The translations under genes were made by a program, and so were the position numbers. From SAR324 cluster bacterium SAR324-CTD7B (GTDB lineage: Bacteria; SAR324; NAC60-12), in the NCBI GenBank assembly GCA_002082305.1, contig LSNO01000017.1:813-64812 (forward strand): 64,000 bases of DNA, given 5' to 3'. How positions within the stretch are numbered: the first letter of the stretch is position 1; each line of letters begins with the position of its first letter. The notes under the pieces were generated by a model. That model was given only the letters and a program-made list of their open reading frames with translations, did not search any database and had not been told where the DNA came from. Shown in pieces: positions 1 through 8,607 of the stretch.

Positions 1-88
1 TAAAATATAAACTGAATAATTACTATATTTATTTAAAAACGCAAATTCACAAATTTTCCACTTATAATTACTAAAAACTCAAAATATA

Positions 89-745
89 ATGACCTACAGT
101 ATAACATCAGACATTCCGGATAATTTACTTGAGTTGTATTTATCCGAACAGGAAATTGCAATAGACTCAGAATTCCATGGTCTTCGACTTTACCGAGACG
201 AAGTGTGCTTAATCCAGATATGCGATGACAAAAAGAATGTTAGTCTTGTAAAACCTGACACTAAAAAGGTGCCTCCCAATTTAAAGCAACTATTAACCGA
301 TCCTGGCGTGACCAAAATTTTTCATTTCGCCATTAGTGACGTAGCTTTCATTAAAACCTCACTGGATATTGAAGTGACACCATTTTGCTGTACTAAAGTA
401 ATGAGCAAATTAATCAGGACTTACACACAGGGGCATGGATTAAAAGATCTGTGTTTAGAATTGTTGGGACACGAAATCAATAAAGAGCAGCAACAGACTA
501 ACTGGGCGCAAAATAATCTCACTCAAAAACAGCTCGAATATGCGGCAAAGGATGTTTTAGACTTAATTCAGATCTATCATAAACTAAGTCAAATGATGGA
601 TAAACGTCCTTCTCTATCTACCGGCACAACCATACGTGAATTGAATAACAAGGCCCAATCCATGCTGCCGGGACTGGTCGAATTATTAATACATGGATAC
701 GGAGATAAAGATGGCGGATGGGGAAGCAGCTTGTTTTCTCATTGA
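89..745 (+). CDS. 3'-5' exonuclease, RNase D-like (DEDDy family)
   Basis: 218-aa ORF with ExoI 'IAIDSEF', ExoII 'FHFAISDVAF' and ExoIII 'YAAKDVLDL' motifs typical of RNase D / pol I-type 3'-5' exonuclease domains. It ends with a TGA stop at 743-745. Confidence 0.8.
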   Translation: MTYSITSDIPDNLLELYLSEQEIAIDSEFHGLRLYRDEVCLIQICDDKKNVSLVKPDTKKVPPNLKQLLTDPGVTKIFHFAISDVAFIKTSLDIEVTPFCCTKVMSKLIRTYTQGHGLKDLCLELLGHEINKEQQQTNWAQNNLTQKQLEYAAKDVLDLIQIYHKLSQMMDKRPSLSTGTTIRELNNKAQSMLPGLVELLIHGYGDKDGGWGSSLFSH

Positions 746-790
746 TTATTCAATTATATGCTTAATATTAGGATATGTATTTTGTTCAGA

Positions 791-2093
<1,303 letters not shown>

Positions 2094-2100
2094 ACTTTAT

Positions 2101-2289
2101 CTATTTTCTAGAAGGCTTTGATTCAAAACTGTGACACATAATACCTGATATCTGTACTACGTAGGTAGCAGGTTCTATTTTTGTTTTGAATCCAAGTTTG
2201 CTGCAGCCATATGGTTTATCCACATCCCATGTGACTTGATAGTGTTTACATCTGGCACACCTAATTCTTGGAGTATTCTCCATAATCAA
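2101..2289 (-). CDS. small Cys-rich (zinc-ribbon-like) protein, function unknown
   Basis: 62-aa ORF with 'CARCKH...GC...CH' spacing. Its start lies 2 nt after the stop of the upstream receiver gene, suggesting co-transcription. Confidence 0.5.
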   Translation of the reverse strand: MIMENTPRIRCARCKHYQVTWDVDKPYGCSKLGFKTKIEPATYVVQISGIMCHSFESKPSRK

Positions 2290-2291
2290 GC

Positions 2292-2690
2292 CTACAATGA
2301 TTCTCCCAGTTCCGTTTCAATTACCTTATCAAGAACTTTTGACAGCATAAATACATCAAAAGGCTTTACAAGATAATTATTCATTCCCAGTTCCTCACCT
2401 TCTGTAATTATTTTATCCAGAGGTTCAATCATTGTAAGTATAACCGGGATATCCTTTAAAATATCATCTGCACGAATATCTTCCAAAAGCTCCATACCGC
2501 TCTTATCAGGCATGTGTACATCAGCTATTAATAAATTTATAGTTGTTTGCTCAATAATTTCCAGTGCTTGCTCCCCATTTTCAGCTTCCAGACAGGAAAA
2601 CCCTAATTCTTGGAGAGTATTTTTAATAATACGACGGGCAGTACTGAAATCATCTGCAATTAAACATGTCATGTTTTTATATTTATCCAT
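2292..2690 (-). CDS. single-domain response regulator (CheY-like receiver)
   Basis: 132 aa with acidic pocket 'IADD', phospho-acceptor 'LLIADVHMPDKSG', 'VILTM' and 'LVKPF', the canonical REC domain signature. Confidence 0.88.
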   Translation of the reverse strand: MDKYKNMTCLIADDFSTARRIIKNTLQELGFSCLEAENGEQALEIIEQTTINLLIADVHMPDKSGMELLEDIRADDILKDIPVILTMIEPLDKIITEGEELGMNNYLVKPFDVFMLSKVLDKVIETELGESL

Positions 2691-2947
2691 ATTTAATTAA
2701 CATAATAATATTATATATTCGTATTATATATTTATTTAATAAATCCAAACTATTTGAAACAAAATTTTCAACAAAGTTCATTTCGAACTCAAAAAGATTC
2801 CATCCTACAAAATAATCAGATCCATTGATTTATAATTACACAATAGTTTGTAACATAACAAATAAACTTACTAAAATACCTGTCCTCTGTTCACTTTGTT
2901 TCTCTTCAATTTATGGCTATTTGAAAGCTATAAATGCTTAATATTCA

Positions 2948-4720
2948 TCAAATCTGCTGTGATAGTTGCTGTGAAACTGACTTTAAGGCATGGAAAGCCT
3001 TTCTGGGATTAAGCCGTCTGTCCAATAATCCAATTCGTGGATAATAACCCCTGTCATTGTCAACAAATGTATCTAAGAATACGGTTGAATTTTGCATAGT
3101 TCTGCTGGTTTTATAAACATCAATTATAAATTTTTCCAACTTTTTTTCATCATCAAAACACTTTCCTTCATTGAGCCGCGGCATTTGCAGATTTATTAAT
3201 TTATGATCTTTGACCTGCCGGTCAATTTCTCTCAGAGTGGTCAGGTGATCATCCCATGGAGAAACCCTGAATGTCAGCCCAACCCTGTGTGAATTATCGT
3301 TTACTGTTGAAAGCAGTTTTTTAGCTTTAACTGTCTGCTCAACTGAAAATCCGTGACTTGCAAAATGCTGAAATATATTTTTATCTGCAACATCTTTTTT
3401 CAGTGGCACCACAGGAGATATAAATAGTTTACCTTTAAACACACTTTGTGCAATCCTGACGGATTCTGCAGCCCGTAAAATTGAATGTTCAGGAAATATA
3501 AGTTCCCAATTCTCAAGCAAAGCCCCATGAGCTGCTATTGTAGTCAATACATGCTCATCTGGAGAATCAAGGCTATAAACAGTAAATCCAAAGCCCAGCC
3601 TGACAAAATCACTTAGCCTTCTGCGGACATCTGCGTTTGCAAGATCTGCCAGGGGAACCCTTAACGAAGTTACACCAAGTTCTAAAAGTGCAATTAATAA
3701 TCCATCTCGATAAGCTTCCTTACGCTTAAATTCGTCAAGACCATCTACAGCCAGCTCAACCCTTCTACCCCAACCTTGACGTAAACTCACTCCAAGCATC
3801 CACACTTTGCAGTCGGTTAACAATAATAAGTCCTTGTCCGTCGTTTCCGGATGGATACTAATTTCGCCGTATGTTCTGATTGGTACTATTTCATGTCTGC
3901 CGGTAAAGACCTTAACAATGAAATATCCTAACTTAGCAGTATCATTTCTACCAAATTCTTCACCTGGTGCAACTACCTGCAACTCAGAATATTCCGGACG
4001 TACAAAGGAGGTTGAAGGTAAAATATAATATTTTGTTTTTTCGTGAACTCCTACAAAAACATTATGCACATGTCCTGAAAATACTGCCTCCACTGAATAT
4101 TGTTTAAACAGTTCAAGAAGCCATGTTCGGGCTGGCTCATCAATGTTGTCATAATGAGGGGCTTCGTTTGGTTCACAAATAAAAAGCGGATAATGCATAA
4201 ATACGAAAATTCTAAGTCCGCTTTCATTAGCAACTCTCAGCTCATTTTCCAACCATATCTGCTGCTCCTTCTCCCTCATCAAACCTGAATTTAGTACGGG
4301 CGTATCTATACAGGTAAACAAACAATTCTTACTAGTAAATGCTTGATACATCGGCCCCCAGTATTTTGTGAAAATCTGGTGGCTTTTTTCATCAACGACT
4401 GGTGCCGGCAGAGATGCGTTCGGTTTATCACCTATATCATGATTTCCCGGTAAAGCAAAAAATTTTGTTTCAAGCTCAGAAAAAATACCGGATGCAATTT
4501 TTACTGCAGATTCATGATTGCCTAAGGCCGGAATTGGATGTACCAAATCGCCTAGATGAATCACAAAATCCGGTTTTATTCTGTTAAGGCATTGTACTAC
4601 ATATTTTGCTCGATCGTTCGATAATCGGTTTGAGGGAAAACCACCCTCCTCTGCAGAATCCGGCAGACGGATATGGGTGTCTGCAATAACCGCGAATTGG
4701 AATAACAATTTATCCTGCAT
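2948..4720 (-). CDS. metallophosphoesterase with a large uncharacterised C-terminal domain
   Basis: 590 aa. The N-terminal calcineurin-like motifs are 'VIADTHI', 'HLGDLVH', 'GNHD' and 'SGHVHN'. The ~300-aa C-terminal region has no motif I can name. Confidence 0.75.
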   Translation of the reverse strand: MQDKLLFQFAVIADTHIRLPDSAEEGGFPSNRLSNDRAKYVVQCLNRIKPDFVIHLGDLVHPIPALGNHESAVKIASGIFSELETKFFALPGNHDIGDKPNASLPAPVVDEKSHQIFTKYWGPMYQAFTSKNCLFTCIDTPVLNSGLMREKEQQIWLENELRVANESGLRIFVFMHYPLFICEPNEAPHYDNIDEPARTWLLELFKQYSVEAVFSGHVHNVFVGVHEKTKYYILPSTSFVRPEYSELQVVAPGEEFGRNDTAKLGYFIVKVFTGRHEIVPIRTYGEISIHPETTDKDLLLLTDCKVWMLGVSLRQGWGRRVELAVDGLDEFKRKEAYRDGLLIALLELGVTSLRVPLADLANADVRRRLSDFVRLGFGFTVYSLDSPDEHVLTTIAAHGALLENWELIFPEHSILRAAESVRIAQSVFKGKLFISPVVPLKKDVADKNIFQHFASHGFSVEQTVKAKKLLSTVNDNSHRVGLTFRVSPWDDHLTTLREIDRQVKDHKLINLQMPRLNEGKCFDDEKKLEKFIIDVYKTSRTMQNSTVFLDTFVDNDRGYYPRIGLLDRRLNPRKAFHALKSVSQQLSQQI

Positions 4721-4777
4721 TATATTTAATACTATGACTAACGATCATGCTTAATATAGTTGTCGTTGCTTTTAAAG

Positions 4778-5356
4778 TTACTGTTCCCATGAAACAATAT
4801 CATGCTCCAAATCTACATCCAGAGCATCAGCTATTCTGTTGATATAATTGAAATAGCTAATTACCTGAACCGCATCATGAACTGCAGTTTGACTAAATCC
4901 TAAATCCAATAAATGTTTAATGTCAGCTTCGGACATTTCAGCAGGAGTTAAAGTCAACTTCTCAGCATATTCACAAAGTGCATAATCGGCAGATTTTAGT
5001 CCCGCATTCTTCCAATCTTGAGCTATTTGACGTACAAACTCATCTGTAGCAACAGGATCCTTAATCTCTTTTGCAACCTCAACACGGAGGTCGTTTGCAT
5101 GAGAACGAATTCAATATATACAATGATTTGCAGATGAAACAACTGTAGCCAGCATTTCTCTTTGAGAACGTGAGAGCGGAGATTCACCAAACATAATAGT
5201 TTGATAGAATTTCATTGAATCCTTCAAAACTGGTGGATTCTGGCTCATAATGCTGACGATGTTCCAAATCTTAGCTGCTCGTTTAATTGCTGCGTCATAT
5301 TGTCTTTTTAAAAGCCCTTTTGCTTCTGAATGCTTAATAATAGTTATCCAAGCCAT
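4778..5356 (-). CDS. AhpD/carboxymuconolactone decarboxylase-family peroxidase-related protein, predicted selenoprotein (in-frame TGA at 5111-5113 = Sec82)
   Basis: The track ORF 5111-5356 ends '...VVSSANHCIY' at a TGA. The same frame continues 110 codons ('IRSHANDL...YFNYINRIADALDV...') to TAA at 4778-4780. The motif N-x-C-x-Y-[C]-x-x-S-H has TGA at the second Cys position. A hairpin lies 17 nt downstream of the TGA. Confidence 0.8.
5074..5093 (-). promoter_or_regulatory. candidate bacterial SECIS stem-loop
   Basis: On the minus strand this reads CGACCUC-CGUGUU-GAGGUUG: a 7-bp stem (one G-U pair) with a 6-nt apical loop containing GU. It starts 17 nt 3' of the in-frame UGA. Identified by hand folding only. 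Confidence 0.5.
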
Positions 5357-5374
5357 AATTATAATTTATAAAGA

Positions 5375-5522
5375 ATTTAAATTTGACTGTCCCGAAAATA
5401 GTCTGAAATCTAAACTGTCATTTCGACCGTAGGGATAAATTTTAATGATATTAGTACTCTCACTTAAACAAGATTTCTCATTTCGCTAGAAGTGAAACGG
5501 TTTGAGGGTTTTTTTACGACTG
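5375..5522 (-). repeat. MITE-like intergenic repeat, copy A (inverted relative to copies B-D, more diverged)
   Basis: The reverse complement aligns by eye with 10530-10683 and 52794-52942. Shared blocks include 'ggtcgaaatgaca', 'agtact', 'tgagaaatctt' and 'cagtcg'. It sits between the mscS stop and the selenoprotein start. Confidence 0.6.
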
Positions 5523-5632
5523 AATCATATTTGTTAATGAGAAAATAATATATATACATAATATATTTATATTTTTTTTATACATATTTATCATAATTTT
5601 AAAATAATTGTTATCTTATATTTTCAATATAA

Positions 5633-6898
5633 CTACAGTGCTATTTTTTGAAAATCTGAGCCTGATGGTTCTTGAAAGACACGTAAATCAAATTCGGGAA
5701 CTACAGCCAAAATATGATCAAATATATCAGCCTGTATTGCTTCGTAGGCAGTCCAGTTAGTGTCTTTACAAAAAACATATATTTCAATCGGCAATCCATT
5801 CTCACTTGGTGAAAGCTGACGTATGAGGAAGGTCATATCCTTATGTATCATGGGATGCTGTCTTAAATATGCTTCAACGTATGAGCGAAATACTCCGATA
5901 TTTGTTAATCTTCTGCCATTAACCAGTGTGCTTTCGTCAACCTGGTGTTTCTTATTATAAACCAATATTTCTTCTTGCCGGTTTTGAATATACTGACTGA
6001 TCAATTGAATACGTTTAAATCGTTCCAGCATTTCACTGCTGCAAAACTTTATGCTGCCGAGGTCAATATTTACATATCTTTTAATTCTTCTACCTCCGGA
6101 TAAATTCATATTCCGCCAATTTTTAAATGACTCATTGATAAGTGCATAAGTTGGAATAGTTGTGATAGTATTGTCAAAATTTTGGACTTTGACAGTAGTG
6201 AGTGTAATTTCAATCACATCTCCATCTGCCCCATATTTAGGCATTTCAATCCAATCCTTCGGAGCCACCATTTTATTAGCAATTAACTGAATTCCTGCAA
6301 CAAATCCCATCAGCACATCTTTGAATACAAACATCAATACTGCAGTTAAGGCTCCTAAACCACTTAAAAAGTAGAGCGGAGTTTTTTGAAGCAGCAAAGA
6401 CAACAGCAAAATTCCTGTTACAAAATACAGCCCCAACTTAAGTACCTGCACAAAAGGAATAATCGAAATTTCTTTTGCAATTGCAGATTTGCCGTAAATT
6501 GCCAACAGTGCGCTCAGTATTGCATCCAAAAACATCATTCCGGCAATCAAAAACAAAACACTGATCAATGTCTGACTCAACGGCAGCAGTGATGTTCCTG
6601 TCAATATTGGTGAGGACAGTACATAAAGCAGTATTAGTGGAATAAAGTAAAGTATACGTTTAACAATATGTTTTTCAACCAGGATATCGTCCCATTGCTG
6701 AATGGTATAGTGTGCAAATTTCTCAATTGACCTATTTATAGGTCCCTGGGAAACTCTATGAGCAACCCAGCTCAACAAAAGTACCAGCAAAATTAATCCT
6801 CCGCGCACCAGCGATTCAACCATGCCTGTTGTCAATCCTAATTCTAATAAATTTTCTGTCAAATAAGCGTTTAAAAAGGCGCTCAAATATTCAATCAT
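5633..6898 (-). CDS. mechanosensitive ion channel family protein (MscS-like)
   Basis: 421 aa with N-terminal TM helices and an MscS beta-domain signature 'GDVIEITLTTVKVQNFDNTITTIPTYALINESFKNW'. Its start is 2 nt after the batD stop. Confidence 0.85.
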   Translation of the reverse strand: MIEYLSAFLNAYLTENLLELGLTTGMVESLVRGGLILLVLLLSWVAHRVSQGPINRSIEKFAHYTIQQWDDILVEKHIVKRILYFIPLILLYVLSSPILTGTSLLPLSQTLISVLFLIAGMMFLDAILSALLAIYGKSAIAKEISIIPFVQVLKLGLYFVTGILLLSLLLQKTPLYFLSGLGALTAVLMFVFKDVLMGFVAGIQLIANKMVAPKDWIEMPKYGADGDVIEITLTTVKVQNFDNTITTIPTYALINESFKNWRNMNLSGGRRIKRYVNIDLGSIKFCSSEMLERFKRIQLISQYIQNRQEEILVYNKKHQVDESTLVNGRRLTNIGVFRSYVEAYLRQHPMIHKDMTFLIRQLSPSENGLPIEIYVFCKDTNWTAYEAIQADIFDHILAVVPEFDLRVFQEPSGSDFQKIAL

Positions 6899-6900
6899 AT

Positions 6901-8607
6901 CTACTCCGGATATAAAGGTTCCAACTGTGACTGTCCTTTGTTATTATTAAATTTTTTATCTAATAAAGAAACCTTGAGAAAATCATTAAATAAATTCTCC
7001 AATGAACTTTCTTTTGTTTGATTATTTCCGTAGAGTACAGAATTTAGATCATTTATTCCATTCTTTAATTCCGGCATTCTTTCCCCAATTTGTTCTAAAC
7101 CTTGCGGAGGATCATCAGTCCAAACTGCAGTACCCCATTTTAAAAGTGCCGTTTGCACAATTCCGGGATCTCCGGAACTAAAAGCTTTTTCTGCATTTCT
7201 AGTTGCTTCTCTAAGAGCGTTCTTCCGATCCTGTATAAATTTGTTTTTATTTTTAGTGACAGCAGCAGCTTTATTATTTTTATTTATAAACCACATCAAC
7301 ATTGTTGCGCACCAAAGAAATGCTAAACCGAAGGCCAATATCTTCCAAGGGAATGATTCTATTGCCGTTTCTTTTTCCTGTAGAACTTTTGCAGTTGCTG
7401 CCTGATTTGACTGTAATTCAGGAGTTTCCTCTTCAGGTATTTCCTGTAAATTTTCTGGTACAGGAAGTATATCAAATATTTTTGGAGATATGACTGCAGT
7501 CTGAAGCGTATCACTTTTAATGTCCCACCAACTGACAGAAACTCCCGGAAGTTCAATTTTTCCTGGATGACTTGGAATAAGAGCCCATTTTTCCAATCGC
7601 ATCCCTTTAAGTCCCTTTTCCGTTTTTTCTGTCTCAATTAAAGGTTGATCTGCATATCCCTTCAAAGTAACAGGATAATCAAATTTTAATTCCGGAATTT
7701 GATTCCCAGAAACACCATTTGCAAAAATCACAAGAGTTCTAGTCACCGGTTCTCCTACTCTAAATACCGGAGGATCCGGCTGCCACTTTTCTTCTATCAC
7801 AAGTTTGTCTGTCGGCAGCCACCAGTTCTTGAAACCTGACGGCAGCGGCTTAACTTCAACTGATTGCGTTGTACTTGTACTAAATATTCTTCGTCCCCGT
7901 TTTTGAAAAAGATTGCCAAAATTACCAAAATTATTTTGTGATGGACCTCTTTGAATTATTTCACCCTGATAACGAACCTGTGGAATAACAAGTGTCCCGC
8001 TTTTTTCCGGAATCACTGCATATAAAATTTCAGTAATCTTATGTTTTTTCCCATTTTTGACAGTCTGGTAGGATTTTTGACTTAGCTCCTCTACTAGTGC
8101 TTCCTTCAGTTCAAACGGTGTAATCGTTTCATTTTCCAGTTGTACTCCAGTTCGAGAAATACTTAATCGGACGAGAATCTGCTGCTGTGGATAAACTTTT
8201 TTGGGAACAACCTCCACTTCAAGACTAACATATTTCTGCTGCTGATTCTGTGAGTATGCAGTCACTTTTAATGCAATGGGAGTGCTTTGCTCATTTCCTA
8301 CCTGGAGGGCTGGTATCAGGTAATCTCCGGAAGATGGAGCAATCATAATATAGGTCCAGCTCAAAGTTCTTGTGATAGAAGTCCCAACGATGGAGGTTCG
8401 ATTTTGCACACTTCGATTCAAAATTTGCAAACCGGTAATTCCGCTTAAATCTGGTTCCTCGGCATCATCAACATTTTTTGCTTCTACATGTAACTGGAAC
8501 ATGTCTCCTACCACTACCGGATTTTTATTTACCCATGCAGTAACATCGCCCCAGGCTGGATTACCGGCCAATATCAAGATTCCCAAAATAAATAGTTTTA
8601 TCATCAT
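6901..8607 (-). CDS. batD: BatD-like oxygen-tolerance protein
   Basis: 568 aa with a signal peptide, repeated beta-rich modules, one C-proximal TM segment ('WKILAFGLAFLWCATMLMWFI') and a position abutting the batB/C stop, as in Bat operons. Confidence 0.75.
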   Translation of the reverse strand: MMIKLFILGILILAGNPAWGDVTAWVNKNPVVVGDMFQLHVEAKNVDDAEEPDLSGITGLQILNRSVQNRTSIVGTSITRTLSWTYIMIAPSSGDYLIPALQVGNEQSTPIALKVTAYSQNQQQKYVSLEVEVVPKKVYPQQQILVRLSISRTGVQLENETITPFELKEALVEELSQKSYQTVKNGKKHKITEILYAVIPEKSGTLVIPQVRYQGEIIQRGPSQNNFGNFGNLFQKRGRRIFSTSTTQSVEVKPLPSGFKNWWLPTDKLVIEEKWQPDPPVFRVGEPVTRTLVIFANGVSGNQIPELKFDYPVTLKGYADQPLIETEKTEKGLKGMRLEKWALIPSHPGKIELPGVSVSWWDIKSDTLQTAVISPKIFDILPVPENLQEIPEEETPELQSNQAATAKVLQEKETAIESFPWKILAFGLAFLWCATMLMWFINKNNKAAAVTKNKNKFIQDRKNALREATRNAEKAFSSGDPGIVQTALLKWGTAVWTDDPPQGLEQIGERMPELKNGINDLNSVLYGNNQTKESSLENLFNDFLKVSLLDKKFNNNKGQSQLEPLYPE

